Both the position numbers and the translations under genes were made by a program. The notes beneath the pieces were generated by a model, which was not told where the DNA came from, searched no databases, and saw only the letters and a list, made by a program, of their open reading frames with translations. A stretch of 64,000 bases of DNA, from NCBI GenBank assembly GCA_965140705.1, contig OZ223300.1, forward strand, positions 128,001-192,000. Direction: 5' to 3'. The stretch comes from an uncultured Arcobacter sp. (GTDB lineage Bacteria; Campylobacterota; Campylobacteria; Campylobacterales; Arcobacteraceae). How positions within the stretch are numbered: the first letter of the stretch is position 1; every line of letters starts with the position of its first letter. Below, piece by piece: positions 37,175 to 49,256 of the stretch.

Positions 37175-38719
37175 TTATCTTACTGAATCGAAGAAATAAT
37201 CTGTTTCAGCAATATCTTTTGTCTCTTCATCTAATTGATCTAAGATACCATTAGTAATCCAAGTTAAAAGGTTGATAGCACCTTCATACCCACTCATAGA
37301 GTATCTATGTAAGTGATGTCTATCAAAAATTGGGAAACCAATTCTAATAAGTGGAGTTTTTGTATCTCTATAAAGTTCTTTACCATAAACATTACCAATC
37401 ATGAAATCAACTGGTTCTGTGAATAATAATGATCTTAATGCCCATAAATCTTTACCTGGCCAAATATTACATTCGTCAGATCTGTTTGATTTATCTAAGA
37501 TTGCTCTCATTTCTGCTTCCCAATTTTTTCTTGGAGCATTATGACAAACAACATGAGTTGGAATTGCACCCATTTCAACTAAGAAAGAAACCATTCCTAA
37601 TAGGAAATCAGGATCTCCCCAGATTGCAATTTTTTTACCATGCATATATGGATAAGAATCTTGCATTGCATCAACAAGTCTAGCTCTTTGTTGTTTTAAT
37701 TCTTCTGGAACTTCTTTACCAGTTAATTCTGCTAATTTCATAACAAATGCATCTGTACCACTTAAACCAATTGGATTACAAGTTTCATAAGTTTGTTTCC
37801 ATTTGTTTTTAATAGTTTTAGCAGTTGCTATTGTAGAATACTTTTGTAAAGAGATAGTTGCTTTTGCATTTACTGCAGTTTTAGCATCTTCAATTTTAGT
37901 TCCACCAGCATATAATTTATATTCACCAGCTCCTGTATCCCATTGTTCTTCATGGTCACCAATCATTATGATTTTATCACCGAACATTTTAGAGATTTTT
38001 TTAATCTCTTTTAATGAACCTAAATATGGTTCAAATCCAGGGATAATATTAATTCTCTCTTCATCAACTTTTTCAGCTTTAGGAGGATTTAATTGCTCTA
38101 AAGTAGATTTCATCATATTATCGTAACCTGTAATATGAGATCCTACGAAAGAAGGAGTATGTGCATGAGGAATAAGAACGTCATCTAATTCACCTTCTGC
38201 TTCTTCTTTAGCTCCAATAATAAATGCACCTAAGTCATCACCGATAACTTCTGCCATACAAGTTGTACTTACAGCAATCATTTCAGGTTTATATAAAGCG
38301 TTACAATTTCGTAAACCATCTTTCATATTTGCCAATCCACCAAATACCGCTGCAGATTCTGACATAGAATCACTTACACATGGAGTTGGTTCTTTAAAGT
38401 GTCTTGTAAAGTATGTTCTAAAGTATGCAACACATCCATGAGATCCATGTACGTAAGGCATAGTATTTTCAAAACCAAGACCAACCATTACAGCACCAAG
38501 AGGTTGACAAGCTTTAGCTGGATTAACAGTAATTGCTTCTCTTGCAAGGTTTTTTTCTCTATAATCCCATGATTTAGTCCATTCTTGGATTTCATCAACT
38601 TTAGCTGGATTGATAGCTCCCATTGAACCTTCAAATTGTTTTTTGTTTTTTAAAACCTCTTGATATTCAGGTTTTAAAAATAGTTTTTGTCCGTTTACTA
38701 TATTATCTAAATCTTGCAT
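37175..38719 (-). CDS. nifK: Nitrogenase MoFe protein beta chain
   Basis: NPAKACQPLGA, HGSHGC, TTCMAEVIGDD, GFPIFDRHHLHR. Confidence 0.97.
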   Translation of the reverse strand: MQDLDNIVNGQKLFLKPEYQEVLKNKKQFEGSMGAINPAKVDEIQEWTKSWDYREKNLAREAITVNPAKACQPLGAVMVGLGFENTMPYVHGSHGCVAYFRTYFTRHFKEPTPCVSDSMSESAAVFGGLANMKDGLRNCNALYKPEMIAVSTTCMAEVIGDDLGAFIIGAKEEAEGELDDVLIPHAHTPSFVGSHITGYDNMMKSTLEQLNPPKAEKVDEERINIIPGFEPYLGSLKEIKKISKMFGDKIIMIGDHEEQWDTGAGEYKLYAGGTKIEDAKTAVNAKATISLQKYSTIATAKTIKNKWKQTYETCNPIGLSGTDAFVMKLAELTGKEVPEELKQQRARLVDAMQDSYPYMHGKKIAIWGDPDFLLGMVSFLVEMGAIPTHVVCHNAPRKNWEAEMRAILDKSNRSDECNIWPGKDLWALRSLLFTEPVDFMIGNVYGKELYRDTKTPLIRIGFPIFDRHHLHRYSMSGYEGAINLLTWITNGILDQLDEETKDIAETDYFFDSVR

Positions 38720-38720
38720 A

Positions 38721-40187
38721 CTATGCTCCCTCTACTTCTTTATCCCATGGTGCTTTAGTATGATTCCATACAGGAGAATTCATAGCTAAATCCATATCTT
38801 TTGCAAAAATTGCAAATGCATCATACCCATGGTATGGTCCACTATAATCCCAAGAGTGCATTTGTCTAAATGGTAATCCCATTTTTTGAAATACATATTT
38901 CTCTTTTACACCAGCTGCAACTAAGTCAGGTCTTAATTTTTTAACAAATTCTTCTAACTCATACTCATTTGCATCATCATAAATAAGTGTTGATCTTCCT
39001 AAATCTTCTTTAGTTCTTTTATAATCATCACCATGTCCGAACTCATAACCAGTACCGATTACTTCCATTCCTAAATCTTCATAAGCTCCAATAACGTGTC
39101 TTGGTCTTAATCCACCAACATAAAGCATAACTTTTTTACCCTCTAACATTGGTTTATATTTAGCAATAACAGCGTCAGTCATAGCAGTATATTTAGCAAT
39201 AACTTTTTCTGTTTGTTCTTGAATCTTTTCATCAAAGAATGATGCAATTTTTCTTAAACTTTCAGTAGTTTTACTTGGTCCAAAGAAGTTATATTCCATC
39301 CAAGGTATACCAAACTCTTGCTCCATATGTCTAGAAATATAGTTCATAGATCTATAACAGTGAAGTAAGTTTAATTTTGCTTTCGGTGCAATTGCTAACT
39401 CTTTATAAGTAGCATCACCAGACCATTGTGCAATAACTCTTAATCCCATTTCTTCTAAGATTAATCTTGTAGACCAAGCATCTCCACCGATGTTATAATC
39501 TCCAATAATTGCCACATCATAATCAGTTGATTCAAAATCTTTTCTATGTGATGTATCAGGCATAACATGATCTCTAATCATATCATTTGCGATGTGGTGA
39601 CCAAGAGATTGTGAAACCCCTCTAAACCCTTCACATGATACAGCAACAGTTTGATGACCTGTCTCTTTTTTATGCACTTTAGCTACTGCTTGAATATCAT
39701 CACCGATTAGACCGATTGGACATTCTGATTGAATTGAAATACCATTGTTTAATGGGAATAATTCATCAATCTCTTCTAATGCTTTTTTAAGTTTTTTATC
39801 TCCACCGAAAACGATATCTTTTTCGTTAAAGTCAGTTGAGAAGTTCATTGTAACAAATGTATCAACACCAGTTGTACCGATATAATAATTTCTTCTACCA
39901 CCTCTTGAATATTGTCCACATCCAATTGGTCCGTGAGAGATATGAATCATATCTTTAATTGGTCCCCAAACAACCCCTTTAGATCCTGCGTATGCACAAC
40001 CTCTTTGTGACATAACACCTGGTACAGTTTGTTTGTTACTTCTTGTAGTATCACAAGAACCTTTTACACCTTCTGGATTATCAGTTCCTAAGTGTTTTGC
40101 TCTATTTTTTTTAGCTTTTTCTGGATAAGCTTCAAGTACTTCTGCAATCGCTTGCTTTTGAAGACTCTCTAATGTTTCTGGTCCCAT
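38721..40187 (-). CDS. nifD: Nitrogenase MoFe protein alpha chain
   Basis: [43 protein letters not shown]. Confidence 0.97.
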   Translation of the reverse strand: MGPETLESLQKQAIAEVLEAYPEKAKKNRAKHLGTDNPEGVKGSCDTTRSNKQTVPGVMSQRGCAYAGSKGVVWGPIKDMIHISHGPIGCGQYSRGGRRNYYIGTTGVDTFVTMNFSTDFNEKDIVFGGDKKLKKALEEIDELFPLNNGISIQSECPIGLIGDDIQAVAKVHKKETGHQTVAVSCEGFRGVSQSLGHHIANDMIRDHVMPDTSHRKDFESTDYDVAIIGDYNIGGDAWSTRLILEEMGLRVIAQWSGDATYKELAIAPKAKLNLLHCYRSMNYISRHMEQEFGIPWMEYNFFGPSKTTESLRKIASFFDEKIQEQTEKVIAKYTAMTDAVIAKYKPMLEGKKVMLYVGGLRPRHVIGAYEDLGMEVIGTGYEFGHGDDYKRTKEDLGRSTLIYDDANEYELEEFVKKLRPDLVAAGVKEKYVFQKMGLPFRQMHSWDYSGPYHGYDAFAIFAKDMDLAMNSPVWNHTKAPWDKEVEGA

Positions 40188-40215
40188 AATTTTCTCCTTT
40201 GAAAGAAAAAGTAGC

Positions 40216-40575
40216 TTACGCTACCTTAACTCTATATAGATTCATGTCATCTAATTTTTTACATATTGTTTTAGTTGCATCACCATCAACAGATTTTGAG
40301 ATTTCAGAAATTTGATATTTATTTGTGTAATAAATCATTTTGTAACCGTCTTTTTCTGCACACTCAGTATTTGTATAATAATCAACTAGAGCTGTATGTA
40401 AAAAAGAACCTTCTGGGATAGAAATCTCTTCTAACTTAACACCTTCTCTTGTTTCACTTGATACAACTACAGATTTACCTGTAGCATCAATTCCATCTTG
40501 CACTTTTTCTATTACTTTATCAAAACTTACATCATTACCCATATCAGCTGGGAAGTGGTATCCACATACAAACAT
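40216..40575 (-). CDS. Hypothetical protein between nifH and nifD
   Basis: Clean ORF with AGGAGA RBS, in the nifHDK operon. Confidence 0.75.
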   Translation of the reverse strand: MFVCGYHFPADMGNDVSFDKVIEKVQDGIDATGKSVVVSSETREGVKLEEISIPEGSFLHTALVDYYTNTECAEKDGYKMIYYTNKYQISEISKSVDGDATKTICKKLDDMNLYRVKVA

Positions 40576-40581
40576 TTTATT

Positions 40582-40692
40582 CTCCTTTTAAAATGTCCCA
40601 TTTTTAAAGGGACCTATCTTTAATAAATTCTTTTAACAGGATTTATAAAAAATCCTTAAAGAATCAAATCCTAAAGGGCGAAAGAATTCGCC
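40582..40692 (-). repeat. nif intergenic three-hairpin RNA motif, copy A
   Basis: GGCGAA-TTCT-TTCGCC CTTTAG ... ATTCTTTAAGGATTT-N5-AAATCCTGTTAAAAGAAT ... GTCCC-TTTAAAAAT-GGGAC ATTTTAAAAGGAG. Confidence 0.8.
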
Positions 40693-40720
40693 AACATATA
40701 ACTTTATATTTAGTACTTTT

Positions 40721-41659
<939 letters not shown>

Positions 41660-41675
41660 TTACAAAATAGATAAT

Positions 41676-41691
41676 TGCATATAGCGTTCCA
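41676..41691 (-). promoter_or_regulatory. sigma54 promoter (nifH)
   Basis: TGGAACGCTATATGCA. Confidence 0.9.
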
Positions 41692-41916
41692 CAAGATAAA
41701 AAAATAGTAAATTTTTTTTGTAATTTTTTTTAAAGTCCATAAAATAGGGATTTTGGAGAAGATTTTTTTTAAAAGAGATAAAAATAGGATAAAATATATC
41801 TTATTTTCATTATTGTTTTTATACTACATTTTTTGTAAAATTTGTTGTTTTGAATTGTAAATATTAAGAAAATCAACCAAAGGTTGATTTAAAAAAAGTG
41901 CTTAGAATAAGTAGAT

Positions 41917-42564
41917 TTAGAATTGTTTACAAAATTCTTTACTGTATTTTGCTTCTCCAATGAAAACTAATACATCGTTTTCTTTTACTTTATAAGAGGA
42001 GTCTATATTTAAAACCCAAGTACCATCTGATTTGTAAGATACTATTTTGAGTTTTTTATATTCTTCTTTTATTTCATAAATTCTTCTATTGATAAAGTTT
42101 TCATTTGCTACTAGTTTTATGACTTTTATATTATTACTTACATCTATCTCTTCCATTGTCATATTATCAATAAGTTTATTTACTAACATTCTTCCTGCTA
42201 TTTTTTCAGGATAGATAATTTTAAAGGCTCCAATTTTTGATAAGATCTCACCATGAGTTGATGTAATAGCTTTTGCAATAATATTTTGATTATTTAAATC
42301 TTTTAGTGCCATTACTGTTAAAATACTTGCTTCAATATTCTCACCAATACTAACAATAACCGTATCAAGATTATAAATTCCCACATCTTCTAGGGCTTGT
42401 TTATTTGTACTATCAAGAACAAAAGCATTATCAATATATTCGCTTATCTCTTGAATTCTTTTTTCATCATTATCTACTGCTATTACTTTTACATCTAATC
42501 TTGATAAACTTTTTACAATATAAGATCCAAATTTTCCTAATCCAATAACTGCGATTGTTTTCAT
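41917..42564 (-). CDS. ktrA: Ktr/Trk K+ uptake RCK subunit
   Basis: IGLGKFG, VSIGENIEAS, IIYPEK. Confidence 0.85.
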   Translation of the reverse strand: MKTIAVIGLGKFGSYIVKSLSRLDVKVIAVDNDEKRIQEISEYIDNAFVLDSTNKQALEDVGIYNLDTVIVSIGENIEASILTVMALKDLNNQNIIAKAITSTHGEILSKIGAFKIIYPEKIAGRMLVNKLIDNMTMEEIDVSNNIKVIKLVANENFINRRIYEIKEEYKKLKIVSYKSDGTWVLNIDSSYKVKENDVLVFIGEAKYSKEFCKQF

Positions 42565-43889
42565 ATAATAATCCTTCCCGTTGGGTATTTAAAATGTTTT
42601 GTTTTTGCTTTTCCAACTAATATTAGACCAAAGGCAAAGACTCCAAGTCTTCCTGCTAACATCATAATAACGATAATACTTTTACCTAAAACATCGAACT
42701 CTTGTGAAAAGCTAAGAACTCCACTACCATTACCTGTTGATACTCCTACTGTTCCAAAAGCTGAAACAACTTCAAATAAAATTCTTAAAAAAGGTAAATC
42801 TTGGGTTTCTACTAAAATTAAAGTGGCTAAAAGTACGAAAAAAGATGAAGAGAGAATAATTGCTAGTGCTTTGTTTATAATCTTTTGTTCAATGGTTCTT
42901 TTAAAGATACTTGGTTGTTGGTTACTCTCTTTTAAAATATAAATTACTGTAATAATTAAAATTGCGACTGTAGTTATTTTCATACCACCACCTGTACTTC
43001 CTTGTCCAGCTCCTGTCATCATAAACAAAGTTGAGAAGAAAAGGGAAGACTCTTTTAATCCACCAAGATCAATACTATTAAATCCACTGGTTCTAAAGTT
43101 TATTGAGAGGAAAAAAGCATTTAATATTTTGTCATAAACAGATAATCCTCCAAAAGTCTTAGGATTATTCCACTCAATAGATAAAAATAAAATCATTCCA
43201 GCAACAATCAAAATAACTGTTCCATAAATCATAATTCTTGTATGGATAGTAAATCTTTTTGCAAATCTTCTATTTTCATAAATTTCAATTAAAACAAAAT
43301 AACCCATTCCACCTAAGACAACTAAGATACAAATAGTAACTAAAGATATAGTATCACTTTGATATCCTTCCAAACTATTGGGGAATAAAGAGAATCCCGC
43401 ATTATTAAAAGCACTTACACTATGAAATATCCCATACCAAAGTGAATGTAAAAAATCGTATTTTTTTAGAAATTGGGTAGTTAAAATAATTGCACCAAAC
43501 ATTTCTATGACTAACACCACGGCAAAAATCTTTTTTAAAAACTTTCTTACATGTAGACTTGGTAAGTCTAAAGATTGTCTCATAGCTCTTTTTTCATCTA
43601 TATCCAATCTTTGTCTAAATGATAAAAAGAAAATTATTACTAATGACATATATCCTATTCCACCAATTTGAATAAGAATTAAAATAATAACTTCTCCCAA
43701 AAGAGTAAAATTTTCAGAGGTACTTGTAACAATAAGTCCTGTTACACATGTGGCACTAGTGGCTGTAAAAATAGCATCAATAAAAGCTAAATGTCCTTTA
43801 TGGCAAATAGGTAGAGCTAATACTAAAGCTCCAAAGAATATAACTAATACATATCCTACAAATATAGATCTTACATATTTATGTTCCAC
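42561..43889 (-). CDS. ktrB: Ktr/TrkH K+ uptake membrane subunit
   Basis: CVTGL, FNNAGF, RTSGF, FGTVG selectivity motifs. Confidence 0.9.
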   Translation of the reverse strand: MEHKYVRSIFVGYVLVIFFGALVLALPICHKGHLAFIDAIFTATSATCVTGLIVTSTSENFTLLGEVIILILIQIGGIGYMSLVIIFFLSFRQRLDIDEKRAMRQSLDLPSLHVRKFLKKIFAVVLVIEMFGAIILTTQFLKKYDFLHSLWYGIFHSVSAFNNAGFSLFPNSLEGYQSDTISLVTICILVVLGGMGYFVLIEIYENRRFAKRFTIHTRIMIYGTVILIVAGMILFLSIEWNNPKTFGGLSVYDKILNAFFLSINFRTSGFNSIDLGGLKESSLFFSTLFMMTGAGQGSTGGGMKITTVAILIITVIYILKESNQQPSIFKRTIEQKIINKALAIILSSSFFVLLATLILVETQDLPFLRILFEVVSAFGTVGVSTGNGSGVLSFSQEFDVLGKSIIVIMMLAGRLGVFAFGLILVGKAKTKHFKYPTGRIII

Positions 43890-43901
43890 TAACTAATAAT
43901 C

Positions 43902-44591
43902 CTAATCTTGAGTATAAGAAAATCTATATCCAATACCTGACTCAGTTTTTATATATTTGGGTCTGGTACTGTTTTCTTCAATTTTTTTTCTTAATGTGTT
44001 TACATAAGTTCTTAAATATTGCATTTCAGTTTGATAACCTACACCCCATACTTCATTTAGAATTTGTTTGTGGGTTAATGTTTTGTTTGCATTTATCATA
44101 AAATATTTTAATAACTCATATTCAATAGGGGTCAATTTAAGAACTTCTTTTTTAAATTTTATAGTTCTTGAACTTATATCAAGTTCTAAGTCATTGCAAA
44201 TAAAGTTATTATCAATCTCTTCTTTTGCAATATTTCTTCTTAAATTTGCCCTTATTCTTGCCAATAGCTCATTTACAGAAAATGGTTTAGTAATATAATC
44301 ATCTGCTCCAACATCTAAAGCTGCCACAATCTCTTTTTCATCATGTCTTGCTGTTAGAACGATAATAGGTACTTTTGATATTTCTCTAATTTGTTTTATT
44401 AAATCTTTACCATCACCATCTGGTAAGCCCAAATCAACTATAAGAAGATTTGGATTGTGACTTAAAAACATTATTATACCATTTTTCTTGCTTTCACTTG
44501 AAATAAAATTAAAAGCATACTCTTTAAATGTTATTTCTAATAATCTTTTTACAGAAGAATCATCTTCAATTATGTGTATTAACTCTTTCAT
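43902..44591 (-). CDS. kdpE: KdpE-like response regulator
   Basis: DLGLPDGDG, GADDYITKPF, YLRTYV..LRKKIE, TESGIGYR. Confidence 0.8.
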   Translation of the reverse strand: MKELIHIIEDDSSVKRLLEITFKEYAFNFISSESKKNGIIMFLSHNPNLLIVDLGLPDGDGKDLIKQIREISKVPIIVLTARHDEKEIVAALDVGADDYITKPFSVNELLARIRANLRRNIAKEEIDNNFICNDLELDISSRTIKFKKEVLKLTPIEYELLKYFMINANKTLTHKQILNEVWGVGYQTEMQYLRTYVNTLRKKIEENSTRPKYIKTESGIGYRFSYTQD

Positions 44592-45619
44592 ATTAATTTT
44601 GCTCTTTTTAATACTGGTAGGTTTATCTCTATTAGTATGCCATTATTTTGTGAAATAGCTCTAATTTCTCCATTATGAAGTTTAACTATACTTTTACAAA
44701 TAGCCAAACCAATACCACTTCCTGAGATATCATTTGTATCTTCTACCCTATAAAATTTATCAAATATATTTTTTAATTTTTCTTCATCTAAAAATTCTGT
44801 TTCATTAAATACTTGAATTTTTATGTAATTATTACAATCTAATACTTCAAAATCTATTTTTGTATTGGTAGTTGAATATTTAAATGCATTATCAAGTAAA
44901 TTTACTACTAATTGGGTAAGTAAAGTATTATCTCCCCAAAATAGTCCAGTCTCTTCTATATTTATTATTACTTTATCTTCATTTTGTTTTTGAGAAAACT
45001 CATCTAAAGCAACTCCTATAATATCTTCGAAATCACACCATTGTAGTTTTAAATTAATATCTCCATTTGATAGTCTAGTACTATCAAGAATATTTGTAAT
45101 AAGTCTTTCCATTCTAATAGAAGCGTAATTTATATCTTCTAGTAGGCTATTTTTGTTTGTTTCATTTAAGTCATTGTTTGACAATATTAAGTTAATACTT
45201 CCATGGATTGTTGATAAGGGAGTTCTTAAATCATGGGAAATAATATGTAAAAGACTCTCTCTTAATTCATTTTGTTTCATTTGATTACTTAAACTTTTTG
45301 CTTGATAAGTTATTATCCATCCCACAATTCCAAAAATCAGAAAACTCCAAATATAAAGTTCATTATGTACAGAAAAGCTATATATTGGTGGAATATATAA
45401 AAAATTTAGAAGAACTACGCATAGAACAGTCATAAAAAAAGTAGTTTTTCCTTTTCCATGAATAGCGACTACTATTACAGGAATAATGTGAATAAGTGCA
45501 ATATTTATGATATCTAAAGAGTTTCTGAACATATGGCTAATAATAGTAATGATTAGTAAGATACCTAGGGCTTTTAATATGTAATTGTATTGTCTATAGG
45601 GAAAGAGTAAGTTTTTCAT
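44588..45619 (-). CDS. Short KdpD-like sensor kinase (4-TM domain plus kinase only)
   Basis: FLYIPPIYSF TM motif, ISHDLRTPL, NAFKYS, GSGIGL. Confidence 0.8.
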   Translation of the reverse strand: MKNLLFPYRQYNYILKALGILLIITIISHMFRNSLDIINIALIHIIPVIVVAIHGKGKTTFFMTVLCVVLLNFLYIPPIYSFSVHNELYIWSFLIFGIVGWIITYQAKSLSNQMKQNELRESLLHIISHDLRTPLSTIHGSINLILSNNDLNETNKNSLLEDINYASIRMERLITNILDSTRLSNGDINLKLQWCDFEDIIGVALDEFSQKQNEDKVIINIEETGLFWGDNTLLTQLVVNLLDNAFKYSTTNTKIDFEVLDCNNYIKIQVFNETEFLDEEKLKNIFDKFYRVEDTNDISGSGIGLAICKSIVKLHNGEIRAISQNNGILIEINLPVLKRAKLI

Positions 45620-45857
45620 CTCATGCTTTAAAAAGTTTTATTATTAAAAGAAGTATTAAAAAAGATAAAATGGAAAGCATAATTATATTTGGCGTTGTCA
45701 TATTTTTCTCTTTTCTTTTAAATAAGGTGTGTTACTATTATATTTTTTCTTATCTAAAGAAAAAATCAAAAAATAAATTTAAATATAAAGATTTTATAAA
45801 GATAAATATTAGAGGTATAAAAGGTTTTTCCTCTAATATTTGTTTGCAACTTATAAG

Positions 45858-47321
45858 TTATTTAGTATTCTGATTCATCTCTTTTGCTTTAACATCATTT
45901 TTACCAATAAACTCTTTCTCATTTGCTTCTGAAACAATAAGTTTAGCAATAGTATCTGTTGTTGTTGCTATATCATGGGTTTGAGATGCAATCATCGCAT
46001 TTTGTTGAGTTTGTTGATCAAGTTGGTTTACTGCTGAATTTATTTGCTCTATACCAGTTTGTTGTTCTTTACTTGACATTTCAATATCTGAAATTAGATT
46101 TATAGTTTCTTGAATAGATTTATTTAATTCTTTATATCCTTCTATCATATTTCCAGCTATATTTTTACCCTCATTTGCTTTTGAAGTAGCATTTTCAACT
46201 AATGTTTTTATCTCTTTTGCTGCTTCTGCTGAACGAGAAGCTAAGTTTCTTACTTCTTGTGCAACGACTGCAAAGCCTTTACCTGCTTCCCCAGCAGTTG
46301 CAGCTTCTACTGCTGCATTTAAAGATAAAATATTTGTTTGAAATGCAATTTGGTCAATTACACTAATTGCTTCACTAATAGAGTTAACTTGATCATTTAT
46401 TTCATCCATTGCAACTGTTGTTTGATTTGCAAGTTTTTCTCCATTTGATACAGAAGTTGTAACATTAGTTGAATTACTTGCCATTTTTGCAATATTTTGA
46501 GTATTGTTTCTAATATTTGAAGTTATCTCTTCTAAAGCTGCTGCTGTTTCTTCTAAACTTGCTGCTGCTTCATTTGAACTTTGATTTAATTTATCAACAT
46601 TTGCTAAAAGTAAATCTGAACCTTTATCAAGTGTCAATCCATTTGCTTTATTTTCTACTAACATTTCATTTACAACATTGGCAAGGTTGTTTAATCCATC
46701 CGCCACTTCCCCTAAATTGTTCCCATCTATTCTATGGGTAAAGTTTAATTTTTGAAAAGATACTAGGGCTGCTGAAATTTTATTTAAATTACCATCTACT
46801 TTAGTAGATACAATCTCAAACAACTCATTAATTCCATTTTTAAGACCTTCTACTCCTTCATTTTGTGTTGTCTCTTTTATGGTTTGTTTCATAATACCTG
46901 TTTTTGCTATATCAACAGCTTTTTTAACAGCATCTATTACTTTTTTAGATTCAGTAATATCTTGTGCAAATTTTACAACACGAGTAACTTTCCCACTACT
47001 ATTTTTTACAGGAGTATATGAAGCTTGAATCCAAACAGAAGTACCATCTTTTCTAATTCTTTCAAATTCATTTATTTGAGACAAGCCCTTATTTAAACTC
47101 TCCCAAAATTCACTATATTCTTTTGTAGTTACATATGTTTTATCACAAAACATTCTATGATGATTACCAACTGTTTCTTCTAACTTATAACCTAAGACAT
47201 TTAGAAAGTTATGATTTGCATGTATTATTGTTCCATCTGGCTTAAATGATATGATTGCATAGTTTTCTTCCATTGCAGCTAGTCTTGCTATTTCTTCTTC
47301 TGTTTTTCCAAAATTAAACAT
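45858..47321 (-). CDS. Cytoplasmic PAS-domain methyl-accepting chemotaxis protein
   Basis: PAS ([17 protein letters not shown]); [17 protein letters not shown]; no TM. Confidence 0.9.
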   Translation of the reverse strand: MFNFGKTEEEIARLAAMEENYAIISFKPDGTIIHANHNFLNVLGYKLEETVGNHHRMFCDKTYVTTKEYSEFWESLNKGLSQINEFERIRKDGTSVWIQASYTPVKNSSGKVTRVVKFAQDITESKKVIDAVKKAVDIAKTGIMKQTIKETTQNEGVEGLKNGINELFEIVSTKVDGNLNKISAALVSFQKLNFTHRIDGNNLGEVADGLNNLANVVNEMLVENKANGLTLDKGSDLLLANVDKLNQSSNEAAASLEETAAALEEITSNIRNNTQNIAKMASNSTNVTTSVSNGEKLANQTTVAMDEINDQVNSISEAISVIDQIAFQTNILSLNAAVEAATAGEAGKGFAVVAQEVRNLASRSAEAAKEIKTLVENATSKANEGKNIAGNMIEGYKELNKSIQETINLISDIEMSSKEQQTGIEQINSAVNQLDQQTQQNAMIASQTHDIATTTDTIAKLIVSEANEKEFIGKNDVKAKEMNQNTK

Positions 47322-47460
47322 AAGAATCCTTTATTATTAATATTACTTCATTTTATTATTTTCTTAAATATAATATCTAATATTATCTTTAATAAAAATA
47401 TTTAGTAGTTGTTTTATGTCATTTAGTATTGTAAAAGAGAGCCTATATAAAAGGAAGAGT

Positions 47461-48708
47461 TTATAAATTCTCTACTTTATAAAGTTTCTTTCTCTCTTTT
47501 GATGAGGGCATATCTAGCATTTTTCTGTATTTTGTAATAGTACGTCTTACCATTTCTAGATTAAACTTTTCTTGAATAGCGTCTAATATATCTTGGTCTG
47601 TTAGTGGTGCCTCTTTATCTTCATATTCAACAAGGCTTTTTATGTAGTTTTTTATCTCTGAAGAGGATAAATCTTTATTATTAACTGCATTTGAAAAAAA
47701 GTGTTTTAAAGGAAAAATTCCTAAAGAACACTCAATATATTTGTTTGCTACAGCTCTTGAAATTGTTGATTCTGCAAAACCAATCTCATTTGCTAATTCT
47801 TGCATAGAGTAGGGTCTTAGTTCACCACCCACAAAAAATGAAATTTGTTTTTCAACAATTAAAAGAACTATTTTATATAGAGTTGATTTTCGTAAACCTA
47901 ATAAGTTTACTAAATCCCTTGCTTCTTTTAGTTTCTCTTTTATACCCTCATTTTTAGAATTAAAAGCATCTTTTACTTCTAAATCTGGATAATAAGCATG
48001 ATTTATTTTGATATTGATATCTTCACCAATATCTACAAAAAAATCAGGAATAATTTGTACATTGTTATTCATATAGTTTACAGCAGGGGGATTATTAAAG
48101 TATTTTATTATCTCTTTTGCATCTTCAAATCTATGGTGTGCTGCATACTTATCCAAGTGAGAGATATCTTTAATAATCTTTTTTATGAAGTTATATAATT
48201 CATCATCAATTTTTTTATCACAGGCATCTAATTGAAAAAGAAATGACTCTGATAAATCTCTTGATCCAATTCCACTTGGTTCTAAAAGTGAAAATCTTTG
48301 TCTTATAGATTCAACATACTCTTTATATACATTACATGTTTTAGCTATTTTTTCTATATCTCCTTCAAAATATCCCTCTTCATTTATATCACAAATAATC
48401 TCCATAGCTACTTTTTGAGAGTTTGGAGTTGAAAAATTTGGAGCACATATTTGTTCACTTATTACATCATTTAAAGACTCGTTATAAATTGCCAAAGATT
48501 CAATAAACTCTCCACTAGTTCCTTGTGGCATAAAGTTTGCATAAAACTCTTTTGGTTTTTTAATTTCCAAAAATGGATTTTCATAAGAGACATTTTTTAG
48601 ATGTTTCTCTAGGTCTTGAAGTGAAGATTGTAGCATTGGTAGCCACAGTTTCAAAGATAAGTTAAGATTTTGCTTTTGTGAAGCTGAAGTTGATAATGTT
48701 TGTGCCAT
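47461..48708 (-). CDS. rpoN: RNA polymerase sigma54 factor
   Basis: ENPFLE, EPSGIG, ESTISRAV, RpoN box VRRTITKYR. Confidence 0.92.
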   Translation of the reverse strand: MAQTLSTSASQKQNLNLSLKLWLPMLQSSLQDLEKHLKNVSYENPFLEIKKPKEFYANFMPQGTSGEFIESLAIYNESLNDVISEQICAPNFSTPNSQKVAMEIICDINEEGYFEGDIEKIAKTCNVYKEYVESIRQRFSLLEPSGIGSRDLSESFLFQLDACDKKIDDELYNFIKKIIKDISHLDKYAAHHRFEDAKEIIKYFNNPPAVNYMNNNVQIIPDFFVDIGEDINIKINHAYYPDLEVKDAFNSKNEGIKEKLKEARDLVNLLGLRKSTLYKIVLLIVEKQISFFVGGELRPYSMQELANEIGFAESTISRAVANKYIECSLGIFPLKHFFSNAVNNKDLSSSEIKNYIKSLVEYEDKEAPLTDQDILDAIQEKFNLEMVRRTITKYRKMLDMPSSKERKKLYKVENL

Positions 48709-48761
48709 TATGATATTTTGCCCAAATTCAGAAAGAATTTGGACATTTCCTTGTTTATTTT

Positions 48762-49058
48762 TTAATACTTAATTCTAATAACACCATTAGGCTTAACTAT
48801 TTTCATTTGGCAAGACAATCTTGTTTTATCAGTTGCTGTACCTACACAATTCTCTTTGATTACTTTAATTTCTTTTTCATTTATTGGAGAAATAAACTCC
48901 ATACCTTGTTCAATTTCAACTACACATGTTCCACATTCTCCATCTCTACATCCAAAAGGTAAAGCTGAACCTGATGCTTCAACAACATCTTGAATTGTAC
49001 TCCCTGGTTTAACATTTATTGCTAAAAAATCGTTTATTATTTCTACTCTAGTTGTCAT
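48762..49058 (-). CDS. [2Fe-2S] ferredoxin
   Basis: FGCRDGECGTC...RLSCQ. Confidence 0.88.
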   Translation of the reverse strand: MTTRVEIINDFLAINVKPGSTIQDVVEASGSALPFGCRDGECGTCVVEIEQGMEFISPINEKEIKVIKENCVGTATDKTRLSCQMKIVKPNGVIRIKY

Positions 49059-49064
49059 TTATTT

Positions 49065-49215
49065 TCCTTTTAAATTGTCCCAATATTGCTACTCCCCTTG
49101 AAATACTGTTTCAATAGGAGCCCAGCAAAGGGATCTAAATTTATTAACTTCTTTTTACACAGGAAATAAATTCCTTTAAAAGAAGCAAACCCTAAAGGGA
49201 ACAACGAATTGTTCC
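49065..49215 (-). repeat. nif intergenic three-hairpin RNA motif, copy B (extended P3)
   Basis: GGAACAA-TTCG-TTGTTCC CTTTAG ... CTTCTTTTAAAGGAA-N5-TTCCTGTGTAAAAAGAAG ... ATCCCTTT...GGGAC AATTTAAAAGGA. Confidence 0.75.
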
Positions 49216-49256
49216 TTTTCAATCTTCTTTACTTTTATCAGACGAATCTACTTTTT

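Noticed and set aside
37175..40187. Alternative (V or Fe-only) nitrogenase
   Set aside because: No vnfG/anfG between D and K; motifs are Mo-type (HCYRS, GGLRPRH) and Mo uptake genes are adjacent.
41814..41828. Possible NifA UAS upstream of nifH
   Set aside because: Spacing is TGT-N9-ACA rather than N10, in very AT-rich DNA; not supportable by eye.
45670..45873. 67-aa plus-strand ORF
   Set aside because: Low-complexity AT-rich intergenic DNA that spans the chemoreceptor terminator hairpin (45805-45840).
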